Assembly: GCA_020184695.1 (NCBI GenBank)
Contig: JAANOX010000042.1
Location: forward strand, 62,001-126,000
DNA length: 64,000 nt
Source of the DNA: Histomonas meleagridis 2922-C6/04-290x
Lineage: Eukaryota > Protista > Parabasalia
Reading direction: 5' to 3'
The position numbers were made by a program, and so were the translations under genes. Under the pieces are notes generated by a model, which was given only the letters and a program-made list of their open reading frames with translations, was not told the DNA's origin and did not search any database. Below, piece by piece: positions 43,368 to 55,135 of this stretch; position 1 is the stretch's first letter, and every line of letters begins with the position of its first letter.

Positions 43368-45866
43368 ATGTCTAAAACATCACTTCTCTCAGCAGGGTAT
43401 ACAGGGCATAGACTTTGCAGGCCAGGCAACTCAAGCGTTTCCCCAGTTGACTTCGATGCTTCGATGGCAACTTTAATTATTTCTGGATGGAAGTATAATA
43501 TTATTTACACAAACAAAAAATGGTATGGATGCGGTGATAACGACCATAAACAGATGGGAGATCAAATCGCTGGAGATATTTCAGTATTAACAGAATTGCC
43601 AGATTTTGCTGACATTGTGCCAATATCAGCTGCATGCGGTGATAAATTAACAGCAATAGCAGCAAGTGATGGAAGTCTTTACTTATGTGGTAATTCATTC
43701 GGTAGCATTTCAGATCCACTTAAATTAAAAATGAATATTTTATTTGTAGCATGTGGCACAGAAAGTGTAGTTGCCATTCCAGATGGACCTGGAATTTATT
43801 GGTTCACTGGAAATCGTTCAATGATGAATTATTTTGAAAGTGATATTCATTTTGTTGATGCTGCAGCTGGACAAAATCATTTTCTTGCATTAAGTGATGA
43901 TGGGCATATTTATTCATGGGGAAGCAAAAAACCTTGTGGCCAAGGAAAAGGGTTTTCATCAAATACACCAACAATTGTATCAATCAAAGACAACACACTT
44001 TTTTCACGTGTTTTTGCATATAACACATCATCATTTGCAATAGATACAGATGGTAATGTTTGGTCTTGTGGTTCCAATGGTTATGGACAAATTGGCCAAG
44101 GCCAAATTCAAAGATGTAACACATTTCAAAAAATCACTCCATTCATAGGTAGTGATGAAACAATCATTCACATTGCTTCTGGAGACACAATGACGTACTT
44201 CCTCACCGATAAGGGGACCGTTTACGCATGCGGCGAAAGAGATAACGACCGTTTATGCATGCAGACCGATAGATCTGTCAAAACCCCCACTTTATGTGAC
44301 TGGGTGAAAGAATTTAATATATCATGGGTTTCGGCAGGATGCTCACATGTTATGTTTTTAATCACAGAAAATGAGGTTTTACCACATCCTTTTTTATTGA
44401 AAAATACTAGAGGTATCCCAATTATTTGGAAACAAGTTATTGGTAAAAACTCTTGCGTTCCAATTGATATAAATATTTCTGACGAAGCATTAATGCAAAC
44501 AGGATTTAGACATGGAGATGTTGTTACTTTAAAGGAATCAAATAATGAAGAAGCAACTGTTATAGGAATTAGTACTGACAAGACGTTATACCTTCAATCA
44601 GAATCAGGACTTAAGATATATAAGGATGATGTTGCAAATTATCATTATTACATCAAATTAGCAAAACGAATTGGATCTGATTCATTTGTATCAAAAGAAA
44701 GTCGTTGTAAACTAAGCTATGATTTGGATTGTTCAGAAAGCGCATGTTTAGCTTTTGGTTTCTTTCCAGGAGATGAAATTGAACATCCTGAATTAGGTAA
44801 TGGTAAAATTGAAGGAGTTTTTGGAAACAAATTATTTATTTCATGGACTAACGATGAAAACTTGATTTCAACTGGCTATGATTGCAGTCCATCTTATCTT
44901 CACTCAGAATTCACCATCACCAAAACTAACGGTCGCACGATCAAAACCGTTTTCTATCAAAATAAACGGCTTCAAATTGAAATTTCACCTTGCAAACTAA
45001 TTGGGAAATATGGGTTCAAGATAGATGATTTAGTTCTTTATCAACAAGGATTTTATGTTGTTGTCGGCCAGTTCTGCCATAAAGTTCTTTTGAAAAATGA
45101 ATTTGATGAAAATAATTTAGAGTTAACTGATCTTAATTCATTACTTTTATTACGTAGAGAATCAGAGGAAAAAACAATTGTGTCTATACAAGCTTTCAAT
45201 ACAGATGTGGTTGATGTATTGGTTAATTATCAAATTGATGACGAATATTGGCCAACAGATAGAGTCATCACAAGCAAAGGGATTGCAACAATCATTGGTA
45301 AGGATGTCAATGGTGATGGATATTGGGTCCAAACAGATGATGCTCTAAGATTAAATTTTGGTGCAGTATTAACTAATCAGAAAGAAATGAAAATAATTCG
45401 GAGAATTGGTGGTAACAAACAATTTTCAGTCGCTAAAATCACCAAATTCATTCCAGGTGATATTATTTCATATGATAACAAATTCTTTCTTGTTAATTAC
45501 TATAAAGACGATAGCGGCGAATTAAGTATTCAAAACAAAGAAGAAAAAGTGACACTAAACGATGACGATCAAAAACGCTGTCAAATAATTTCAAGAAAGG
45601 GATTGAACGTTAAGAAGCCGTTTATGACAAAGATGAACGTTTCTCTTGAAACGGACGTTAACATTGATTTGTTTAGAGGAATGAGAGTGCTCCCTGGAGA
45701 TGTTGTGGAAACACCAAATGGTTTGGCAACTGTGATTGGTATCGCTGGATCTGATATATGGTTACAGCCACAGGGGGAAAGTGGTGCAGTAACAACGTTT
45801 CAGCAGGCATTTTATGATCCAAATGTCATCAAAATATATCGCAAAATTGATAATGAGGTTCAGTAA
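43368..45866 (+). CDS. RCC1-repeat protein with a C-terminal repeated beta domain
   Basis: AAGQNHFLALSDDGHIYSWG, VWSCGSNGYGQIG, IASGDTMTYFLT and VSAGCSHVMF. The likely ATG is 43368. Confidence 0.85.
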   Translation: MSKTSLLSAGYTGHRLCRPGNSSVSPVDFDASMATLIISGWKYNIIYTNKKWYGCGDNDHKQMGDQIAGDISVLTELPDFADIVPISAACGDKLTAIAASDGSLYLCGNSFGSISDPLKLKMNILFVACGTESVVAIPDGPGIYWFTGNRSMMNYFESDIHFVDAAAGQNHFLALSDDGHIYSWGSKKPCGQGKGFSSNTPTIVSIKDNTLFSRVFAYNTSSFAIDTDGNVWSCGSNGYGQIGQGQIQRCNTFQKITPFIGSDETIIHIASGDTMTYFLTDKGTVYACGERDNDRLCMQTDRSVKTPTLCDWVKEFNISWVSAGCSHVMFLITENEVLPHPFLLKNTRGIPIIWKQVIGKNSCVPIDINISDEALMQTGFRHGDVVTLKESNNEEATVIGISTDKTLYLQSESGLKIYKDDVANYHYYIKLAKRIGSDSFVSKESRCKLSYDLDCSESACLAFGFFPGDEIEHPELGNGKIEGVFGNKLFISWTNDENLISTGYDCSPSYLHSEFTITKTNGRTIKTVFYQNKRLQIEISPCKLIGKYGFKIDDLVLYQQGFYVVVGQFCHKVLLKNEFDENNLELTDLNSLLLLRRESEEKTIVSIQAFNTDVVDVLVNYQIDDEYWPTDRVITSKGIATIIGKDVNGDGYWVQTDDALRLNFGAVLTNQKEMKIIRRIGGNKQFSVAKITKFIPGDIISYDNKFFLVNYYKDDSGELSIQNKEEKVTLNDDDQKRCQIISRKGLNVKKPFMTKMNVSLETDVNIDLFRGMRVLPGDVVETPNGLATVIGIAGSDIWLQPQGESGAVTTFQQAFYDPNVIKIYRKIDNEVQ

Positions 45867-46183
45867 ATTAGATTTTAAGGATATATATATTTGATATTTA
45901 TAAGCTCATTTAACATTTCGTTAAAATGCAAATTGTACTATCCCATATTTGTGAATTTTAACCAAAAGATGTGGAGGAATTCTCCAAGAAAAATATGAAT
46001 GCTCTCATAAAAAAATTGAAACAACTTTTTCAATACATAGAGTTGAGTAAAATATTGAAATTTCAATGAAAAATTTTTCTACGATTGCAAGAAAGTTTCT
46101 TGTAAGATGTTATTTTTAACATATATGCAGACATTACAATGCATTCCAGATGTTTTAAAAAACATTCATTCAAAGAATAATGC

Positions 46184-48723
46184 ATTGATTCGAAAAATTA
46201 AAACTATTTCTGAATATGATTTCTATCTTCAAATTTTATGTGAAACTAGAAAATCTGTTATACATCTTCCCGAAATTAATGGTTCATTTTGTTATGATTT
46301 TCATAATGTTAATCAAGATTCTTCAAATTTAATGTCTTTCTTATGCAAAAAAATTTTATCAAATATTTTATTTATTGTTATGGTCCTTCTTATCTTATTT
46401 ATAATATTAAAAACTTATTTATCAAACTTAATTATTCATATTGTTTCAAAAGAGAAAAGCAAATTTAAAATTTTACCATTTTTATTTGTTTTCTTTTTTG
46501 AACAAATATTTTCAGCATATGATAGTATTACTAAAACATTCACAATAATTAATTCAAATGATTATGGAAATAGAAACACATATAAACAGGTTACAAAAAT
46601 ATCTTATAATTCAAGAAGGAATTAATACAATAAATTCCGACTCATTTTCAGAATGGCCTTCTTTTAATTTCTGTTGATATAGGGAATACGATTATATCAA
46701 TTGAAACTAATGCTTTTGGCAAATGTCAAAATCTTGAAACAGTATTTATTGGTGAATCTGTTGAAACGATTGGAAGTTATGCATTTTCTAATTGTATTAA
46801 ATTAATTGATGTTACCATTGGAAATAATGTAGAAACGATTGGAAGTTATGCATTTTCATCATGTTCATCATTAATAAATATCACGATTCCAAATTTTGTT
46901 ACATCAATTCAAAATTCTGGATTTTTCTTCATGTATTAAATTAGAAAATATTATTATTGGAGAAAAAAAGTAAAATTTTATTGGTGAATATGCATTTTTT
47001 TCATGTATTTCATTAAAAAATATTACAATTCCGAAATCAGTTTATACTATTGAACAAAATGTATTTGTTAATTGTACTAAACTTTATTTTATTAATGTAT
47101 CTCAAGATAATTCATATTATTCTGAACGAGATGGAATTCTTTATGATAAAAATTATACAGAAATTGTTTATTATCCATTAGGAAGATCAAATACCACAAT
47201 AAAAATCTCAGATTCACTTATAAAAATTGGAAACACAGCATTTAAACAATGGACAACATTAAAGATAGTATATATTGGTGAAAATATAACAACAATTGGA
47301 TCATATTCTTTTGAAGAATGTATTAATTTAGAAAATGTTATCTTTGGTAAAAAAGTAAATTATATTGAAGTTTCAGCATTTTCTATGTAAGTTATATTGG
47401 AGTTTCAACATTTTTTCTCATTGTTCCTCATTAATAAATATAACAATTCCTAATTCAGTAATAACGATTGAATCTGGTGTATTTCAGTATTGTTCTTCAT
47501 TAGGAACAGTTATTATTGGTCAAAATGTAAGTTATATTGGAGTTTCAACATTTTCTCATTGTTCCTCATTAATAAATATAACAATTCCTAATTCAGTAAT
47601 AACGATTGAATCTGGTGCATTTCAATATTGTTCTTCATTAGGAACAGTTATTATTGGTCAAAATGTAAGTTATATTGGAGTTTCAACATTTTCTCATTGT
47701 TCCTCATTAATAAATATAACAATTCCTAATTCAGTAATAACGATTGAATCTGGTGTATTTCAGTATTGTTCTTCATTAGGAACAGTTATTATTGGTCAAA
47801 ATGTAAGTTATATTGGAGTTTCAACATTTTCTCATTGTTCCTCATTAATAAATATAACAATTCCTAATTCAGTAATAACGATTGAATCTAGTGTATTTCA
47901 GTATTGTTCTTCATTAAGAACAGTTATTATTGGTCAAAATGTGAATTCTATTGAACAAGAAGCATTTGCACAATGCAGCAATCTCACATGTATTTACTTT
48001 TTAGGTTATATAACTCCAAATGTAGCAGATGATGCTTTTGATAATATTGAAAATAAAACTGTTATGACATCCGATTTATATCAAAATGAAACATTTGGAG
48101 AACTTAACATATCCAAAGGAACAGCATTTGGTGAATGTGCTCAATATCCATGGTCAACACACACATTTACAAAATCAAATACATTTTCGAAATCAAACAC
48201 ATACACTAAATCAAATTCATTTATATCAAATTTTTCATTAAGTTTTTTACGATCTTTCACTTTAACATATTTTATTTCATATACACAAACATATTCATTA
48301 AAAGATTGTTCTACTTTAACTAATATATTCTCAAAAATTAATTCAATCAATACATATATTTTCACAGAATTTATTTATTATGAATATACAATTATTATAT
48401 TTCCTACAGTTTTTTCTTTTTATTCTAATTTCTTTATAATGTTTTATACAATAGAAGATAATGACATTGGTGATAATACAAATTATAACATTATAATTGG
48501 TGTTATTGTATTTGTAATTGTTATTATTATTATTTTACTTATTGTGTTTTTAATTCGAATTAAAAACAAAAAACAAAATTCTATTGAACAAACATCAAAA
48601 AGTTTTGAAGAAAATGGTGAAACAAATATAAACGCAGGTGTATTTTCAATGAAAAATATTGATGAAGATCCATTTGCAAAAGACTTCAAAGAAGATAATG
48701 GCATTGATCAAATTTATGTCTAA
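46184..48723 (+). pseudogene. BspA-like LRR surface protein copy 1, frameshifted
   Basis: Near-identical to 49618-51500, but with extra bases in homopolymers (about 46596, 46662, 46922, 46965-46975, 47412) and a deletion of about 100 bp near 47385. It has its own TM and tail ending EDPFAKDFKEDNGIDQIYV. These may be assembly errors. Confidence 0.65.
47387..47940 (+). repeat. 138-bp (two TpLRR, 46 aa) tandem repeat x4
   Basis: GTAAGTTATATTGGAGTTTCAAC recurs at about 47387, 47527, 47665 and 47803. There are only two units in the paralog (about 50990 and 51128). Confidence 0.9.
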
Positions 48724-49492
48724 AATTTACAATACTCTGCTGTCTTTGAAGCTATGAAAGTAACTCCAAGCCAAAGAAAACCTCATATGATTGGTATTGA
48801 TACAATCTATTTAAATTAATTCATATAAATAAACACATGTTAAATTCGTAAATATTAAATTAAGAAAATGATATGAAAATTCTTAATATAAATGAGCCTC
48901 AAAATGTTTAAATGTGAAAAATATTTTTTCTGTATACCAAAATGAGTTTACTGAGTTAAAATTTTTGAAAAAGATCACCAAAATGAAATAATCCAAGGTT
49001 AGTATCATATATTAAAGAGGCATTCAAACACCTTTATTCTTCTCTAATGTTAAGACAAAACTAGAGTTGTATAAACACAATATAAAACAACAATAACCAA
49101 TAAGTAAATTATTCATTAACACAGAGCTTCATTTTTGGTAAACATACTGCTTTCCAACACCACAACATTCATTTTTGAAGATGCCAAAACTAATTTAAAA
49201 GATGATTTTGACTTTGAAGTGAAAAGGTTGTTTTAAACCTATATTATCTCAAAAAGAAAAATAAAGTGATGTTTAAGAACTCCCTTCTAAAAATCAAAAA
49301 TATTTCCAGTTAATAAACGAAATTTTTCAACATGTACAAAAAGTTGGTTCTTTGTTGTTCCTGGGAAGTAACTTACTTCCCATGCCAAGGGAAGTATGAA
49401 CGGTTAAAATAAAAAAAAATTGAAATCTTTTCAATGGAAAAAAGTTGAGTGAAGGAAATTTCAATGTTGTGATTTTCATCAACAGCTTTTGA

Positions 49493-52051
49493 ATGAAACT
49501 GTTTCGGTTATGTAAAAAAAAATTGTTAATGCGTGGTTGTGGGGTGCTGTTTCTGGTCTGCACAGTGTCATACAACATACACAATATATCAAAAAATCCT
49601 CAGTTAAATAGTAGTAGATTGATTCAAGGAATTAAAACTATTTCTGAATATGATTTCTATCTTCAAATTTTATGTGAAACTAGAAAATCTGTTATACATC
49701 TTCCCGAAATTAATGGTTCATTTTGTTATGATTTTCATAATGTTAATCAAGATTCTTCAAATTTAATGTCTTTCTTATGCAAAAAAATTTTATCAAATAT
49801 TTTATTTATTGTTATGGTCCTTCTTATCTTATTTATAATATTAAAAACTTATTTATCAAACTTAATTATTCATATTGTTTCAAAAGAGAAAAGCAAATTT
49901 AAAATTTTACCATTTTTATTTGTTTTCTTTTTTGAACAAATATTTTCAGCATATGATAGTATTACTAAAACATTCACAATAATTAATTCAAATGATTATG
50001 GAAATAGAAACACATATAAACAGGTTACAAAATATCTTATAATTCAAGAAGGAATTAATACAATAAATTCCGACTCATTTTCAGAATGGCCTTCTTTAAT
50101 TTCTGTTGATATAGGGAATACGATTATATCAATTGAAACTAATGCTTTTGGCAAATGTCAAAATCTTGAAACAGTATTTATTGGTGAATCTGTTGAAACG
50201 ATTGGAAGTTATGCATTTTCTAATTGTATTAAATTAATTGATGTTACCATTGGTAATAATGTAGAAACGATTGGAAGTTATGCATTTTCTAATTGTATTA
50301 AATTAATTGATGTTACCATTGGAAATAATGTAGAAACGATTGGAAGTTATGCATTTTCATCATGTTCATCATTAATAAATATCACGATTCCAAATTTTGT
50401 TACATCAATTCAAAATTCTGGATTTTCTTCATGTATTAAATTAGAAAATATTATTATTGGAGAAAAAGTAAATTTTATTGGTGAATATGCATTTTTTTCA
50501 TGTATTTCATTAAAAAATATTACAATTCCGAAATCAGTTTATACTATTGAACAAAATGTATTTGTTAATTGTACTAAACTTTATTTTATTAATGTATCTC
50601 AAGATAATTCATATTATTCTGAACGAGATGGAATTCTTTATGATAAAAATTATACAGAAATTGTTTATTATCCATTAGGAAGATCAAATACCACAATAAA
50701 AATCTCAGATTCACTTATAAAAATTGGAAATACAGCATTTAAACAATGGACAACATTAAAGATAGTATATATCGGTGAAAATATAACAACAATTGGATCA
50801 TATTCTTTTGAAGAATGTATTAATTTAGAAAATGTTATCTTTGGTAAAAAAGTAAATTATATTGAAGTTTCAGCATTTTCTAAATGTTCCTCATTAATAA
50901 ACATAACAATTCCTGATTCAGTGGAAATAATTGGAGATAGTGCATTTCAATATTGTTCTTCATTAGAAACAGTTATTATTGGTCAAAATGTAAGTTATAT
51001 TGGAGTTTCAACATTTTCTCATTGTTCCTCATTAATAAATATAACAATTCCTAATTCAGTAATAACGATTGAATCTGGTGTATTTCAATATTGTTCTAAT
51101 TTAAGCATCGTTATTATTGGTCAAAATGTAAGTTATATTGGAGTTTCAACATTTTCTCATTGTTCCTCATTAATAAATATAACAATTCCTAATTCAGTAA
51201 TAACGATTGAATCTGGTGCATTTCAATATTGTTCTTCATTAGGAACAGTTATTATTGGTCAAAATGTGAATTCTATTGAACAAGAAGCATTTGCACAATG
51301 CAGCAATCTCACATGTATTTACTTTTTAGGTTATATAACTCCAAATGTAGCAGATGATGCTTTTGATAATATTGAAAATAAAACTGTTATGACATCCGAT
51401 TTATATCAAAATGAAACATTTGGAGAACTTAACATATCCAAAGGAACAGCATTTGGTGAATGTGCTCAATATCCATGGTCAACACACACATTTACAAGAT
51501 CAAACACATTTACAAATACATTTTCGAAATCAAATACATACACTAAATCAAATACATTCACTAAATCAAATACATTCACTAAGTCAAATACAATAATAAC
51601 TTATCCATATTCGTATACATTTACATATTATATATATTTAACTCAATCATATTCTGTTTACACAATGTATTTAACACATTCCTTATTATATAATACACTT
51701 GACTCTTTTATTTCTACAGAAATAATTCATTATGAATACACAATTATTCAGTATTCTTTCTATAACTTAGATTATTCATTGATAATGTTTACATATTATC
51801 AAACTCAATCTCAGCCAACTAAAAAGATTTCAACGAATGCATTAATAGGAATTATCTGTGGTTCGGTTATCGCTGTTTTATTGATCATTGGAATAATAAT
51901 ATTTACAATTCGAAGAAGTAAGAAAATTCCAAGCAAAACCACTGAAATCCTTTCTGAGTCTTCATCAGACAATGAAAAGCAAACCATACATATTGATGAT
52001 GAATTTAATAATGTAATTCGACATGATGAAGATCAATGGTTAATACATTAA
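49493..52051 (+). CDS. BspA-like (LRR_5/TpLRR) type I surface protein
   Basis: Repeats AFxxCxxLxxITIPxSVxxI, TFTKSN repeats, a Tyr/Thr-rich stalk, TM LIGIICGSVIAVLLIIGIIIFTI and an acidic tail. The true start is uncertain and probably lies downstream of 49493. Confidence 0.9.
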   Translation: MKLFRLCKKKLLMRGCGVLFLVCTVSYNIHNISKNPQLNSSRLIQGIKTISEYDFYLQILCETRKSVIHLPEINGSFCYDFHNVNQDSSNLMSFLCKKILSNILFIVMVLLILFIILKTYLSNLIIHIVSKEKSKFKILPFLFVFFFEQIFSAYDSITKTFTIINSNDYGNRNTYKQVTKYLIIQEGINTINSDSFSEWPSLISVDIGNTIISIETNAFGKCQNLETVFIGESVETIGSYAFSNCIKLIDVTIGNNVETIGSYAFSNCIKLIDVTIGNNVETIGSYAFSSCSSLINITIPNFVTSIQNSGFSSCIKLENIIIGEKVNFIGEYAFFSCISLKNITIPKSVYTIEQNVFVNCTKLYFINVSQDNSYYSERDGILYDKNYTEIVYYPLGRSNTTIKISDSLIKIGNTAFKQWTTLKIVYIGENITTIGSYSFEECINLENVIFGKKVNYIEVSAFSKCSSLINITIPDSVEIIGDSAFQYCSSLETVIIGQNVSYIGVSTFSHCSSLINITIPNSVITIESGVFQYCSNLSIVIIGQNVSYIGVSTFSHCSSLINITIPNSVITIESGAFQYCSSLGTVIIGQNVNSIEQEAFAQCSNLTCIYFLGYITPNVADDAFDNIENKTVMTSDLYQNETFGELNISKGTAFGECAQYPWSTHTFTRSNTFTNTFSKSNTYTKSNTFTKSNTFTKSNTIITYPYSYTFTYYIYLTQSYSVYTMYLTHSLLYNTLDSFISTEIIHYEYTIIQYSFYNLDYSLIMFTYYQTQSQPTKKISTNALIGIICGSVIAVLLIIGIIIFTIRRSKKIPSKTTEILSESSSDNEKQTIHIDDEFNNVIRHDEDQWLIH

Positions 52052-52277
52052 CCTAAAAATAAAAAAGAATAAATTTTAAAATAAACGTAATTAATGATTT
52101 TAATAATATTTGTTTTGATGTAAATTTTAACTCAATGTTTTTAATATATTTTTATAAATAAATTTCCCATAAAAATGAAATAACGATGAATTCAATTTCA
52201 TTTTGAAAAGTTGGCGATTTGAGAGATTAGTGAAAATTTGAATACTTTATTTTACATCAAATTCACACCAAACTAAA

Positions 52278-53678
52278 ATGCTCACGCAGCCAAACGCTGT
52301 TTCAGCTCCGATTCTCTTCCCTTCATATTATTCGATTGCAGCTGAGCTTGTTTTAAATTCCATTAATGGAGGAGCAAAAAACATTACAATTCAACTTGAT
52401 TTCATTCTAAATCAAATTCGTTGTAAAGACAATGGAAAAGGAATTCCAAAAAGCAAATTCATTACACTATTTAGTACAAACAACAAAATAAATATTATTT
52501 CCAAGATATCTAAAGTTTCTATCATTACGAGAAATAAATCAGATGAAAATCTTCGAATTATAAATGATCCAAACATTCAATACACACCATTATTTTCACA
52601 TGGCACTGATATAATCATCAGTAAAACATTCGATAACTATCCAATTCGTCAAAAAGAAATCACAACACAACAAAACAAAGAAGAAGAATATAAACATTTC
52701 AAGTATTTCATTAATACATTATCATTAACAAATCCTAACATTAACTTTACTATTATTAGTGATAGAACAAAAGGAAATATTACGTCATCAAATAACATAG
52801 AAGAAAGTTGGCGAAAGATCACTGGTAATTACCTACGAATAAGTTCTGATGAAACATTTACATATTATAAAAATAGTATTCCAATTAATGCATTACCATT
52901 TACGCCATTTATAGTAAACGACATTCCATGTATAGAACTAACTATAGATAACAAAAAAATTAAACCTTTAAATAATACAATTATAGTTACAAAAGGTCAA
53001 ATTGAAGAAATGTTTTGGAAATTCGAAGGATTATCAATAAGTATCAAAACAATTTCGAACATAAATAATAATAAAAATTTGGAAATTGTTGGAAATGAAG
53101 AAATAAATAATATGAAATACATTGGAATATTCGATCATAAGTTCATTCTATGTCATTTAAATGATGTATTATATGCTATTGATCAACATGCAGCACATGA
53201 ACGAGTTAACTTGGAAAAAATAATTAACAATTTACCAAACAAATTCCCGTCATACGAATTACAATTGCCAATGACTTTGCCAAATAATTTGATTGATCTG
53301 ATCACGAACGATATAAATATTAATTTGCAAAAATGGGGATGGAAAATAATGAAAACAAAAAACATTTGTTACCTGTACGCAATTCCTTATTACGATGGCA
53401 TAAAAATTGATACAATCGACGGATTGATATGTTACATTAACCAACTAAGCGATGGCATATATAAGGAAATACCCGACTGCGTAATGGCTGTGCTGCAGAC
53501 AAAGGCGTGCAAAAGAGCGATAAAATTTGGAGATGTGATATCTGACGATGAGGCAACCGAACTAATTGCTGAACTTGCAAAGTGCACAAGGCCAAACTGC
53601 TGCGCGCACGGGAGATCTGTCGTGGTGCCGATATATAATTTGAAGGACAGATTCGTGAAATTTGATCATTTGTATTAG
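52278..53678 (+). CDS. MLH3: Compact MutL homolog, MLH3-like
   Basis: ELVLNSINGGA and DNGKGI (GHKL remnants), endonuclease motif DQHAAHERVNLE, ACKRAIKFGD and CAHGRS. Confidence 0.8.
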   Translation: MLTQPNAVSAPILFPSYYSIAAELVLNSINGGAKNITIQLDFILNQIRCKDNGKGIPKSKFITLFSTNNKINIISKISKVSIITRNKSDENLRIINDPNIQYTPLFSHGTDIIISKTFDNYPIRQKEITTQQNKEEEYKHFKYFINTLSLTNPNINFTIISDRTKGNITSSNNIEESWRKITGNYLRISSDETFTYYKNSIPINALPFTPFIVNDIPCIELTIDNKKIKPLNNTIIVTKGQIEEMFWKFEGLSISIKTISNINNNKNLEIVGNEEINNMKYIGIFDHKFILCHLNDVLYAIDQHAAHERVNLEKIINNLPNKFPSYELQLPMTLPNNLIDLITNDININLQKWGWKIMKTKNICYLYAIPYYDGIKIDTIDGLICYINQLSDGIYKEIPDCVMAVLQTKACKRAIKFGDVISDDEATELIAELAKCTRPNCCAHGRSVVVPIYNLKDRFVKFDHLY

Positions 53679-53788
53679 CAAAAATGCGAAAAGAAGAAAT
53701 TTTAATTTTTAGCTGCTGACATCTTACGCTTGAACTTGTAGAAAGAATTCATTGAAGTGTAAATAAAAACAAAAAATGAAAAAATTTA

Positions 53789-53860
53789 TTCCGATACGGG
53801 GAGTCGAACCCCGCTCCCGTGGATGAAAACCACATATCCTAACCGATGAACGATATCGGA
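53789..53860 (-). tRNA. tRNA-Glu (TTC)
   Basis: TCCGATA/TATCGGA acceptor stem, anticodon stem TGTGG/CCACG with loop TTTTCAT, and GGTTCGACTCC. Confidence 0.96.
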
Positions 53861-53937
53861 ATTCATTTTATAAAATTATAATTATTATATGATGTATATC
53901 GATATTTTTTGAGGTGCCCCAAAATTCGAATTTTATA

Positions 53938-54810
53938 ATGAAATCAAACACTAAAAAACATAGCCAGTTTACGTGTGAAGAAGATGAAAAATCAATTGTT
54001 GACAAATTACTATCTGCAATCGGACTTGAAGGTGATCGAAATCAACGTATACAAAGCGCACATCGTCTTAAATTAATTGATTTTTGGAATATTCCAAAGG
54101 GTGCACGAATACTTGAAATTGGTTGCGGACAAGGAGATACATTAGCAGCGCTTGCATTTTGTGGAGGCCCTGAATGTTTTGTTCATGGAGTTGATATTGC
54201 TTCACCAGATTATGGAGCACCTATAACTTTAGAAGATGCAAAGTATCGCCTTTACAATAGCCAGCTTAAGTCAAACATTAGAATTGACTTTGAAATTGAT
54301 ATTACTCAACATCCAGAAATATATGATAGTGATTATGACATAATTGTTCTTTCACATAGTATCTGGTATCTTTCTTCACGTGAAAAACTTACCGAAATCC
54401 TTACCAAATTATACAAACCAGGTAGACGTCTTTGTATTGCTGAATGGAATCCAAATGCAATAATTCCCGAACAAATTCCACATTTTATGGCAACTATGAT
54501 ACAGGCTACATGTGGAAGCTTTGACGAAACGACTAGTTCCAATATTCGCACACTTTTTTATCCAGAAGATATTTTGAAATCAGTTGAAATTTCTGGCTGG
54601 AAAGTGCAGAAAAGCGACGAAATATTTTCATCTGATTTACAGGACGGGAAATGGGAGGTCGAAATGACAATTAATTCGTATCCTGAAATAATTGAGAAAA
54701 GTGAAAAAATTCCAAAAAAATTAAAAGAAATTTTATACTCGCAAATTGAGCAAATTAAAAAGGCAAAAAATATAAAACCACTTTCGGTATTTTGCTTAAC
54801 AGCTAATTAA
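53938..54810 (+). CDS. Class I SAM-dependent methyltransferase
   Basis: Motif I ILEIGCGQGD, VHGVDIA, YDIIVLSHSIWY and LCIAEW. Confidence 0.85.
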   Translation: MKSNTKKHSQFTCEEDEKSIVDKLLSAIGLEGDRNQRIQSAHRLKLIDFWNIPKGARILEIGCGQGDTLAALAFCGGPECFVHGVDIASPDYGAPITLEDAKYRLYNSQLKSNIRIDFEIDITQHPEIYDSDYDIIVLSHSIWYLSSREKLTEILTKLYKPGRRLCIAEWNPNAIIPEQIPHFMATMIQATCGSFDETTSSNIRTLFYPEDILKSVEISGWKVQKSDEIFSSDLQDGKWEVEMTINSYPEIIEKSEKIPKKLKEILYSQIEQIKKAKNIKPLSVFCLTAN

Positions 54811-54859
54811 AATATGTAAAAAATAATTTTTTTTTGTTTTTAAAGAATTATCACATAAA

Positions 54860-55135
54860 CAAATTTCCAATGAACGCTTTAATATCTGGAAATATTTTAT
54901 TGAAGTTTGTAAATAATGCACTGTTCTTGGAGATTTCTCTTCAAATAATTCAAAAAGCTTCAAGAAACATTGTTACAACCATATTGTTACTTCACTTATG
55001 AAAGATATTCATTTGTTACTTGACTATGCATTTTTCGGATCAATTAAATGTTTTTAAATTTTTACCAATAATAACACAAATCAGGAAAATATGGAAAATA
55101 TACAAGTGCCAATGGAAATGAAGAAATAATTCAAA
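54860..55135 (+). pseudogene. Short remnant of the DUF3447-like family
   Basis: GACTATGCATTTTTCGGATCAATTAAATGTTTT (DYA-FFGSIKCF) and AATGGAAATGAAGAAATAATTCA (GNEEII) match family members; no ORF. Confidence 0.55.
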
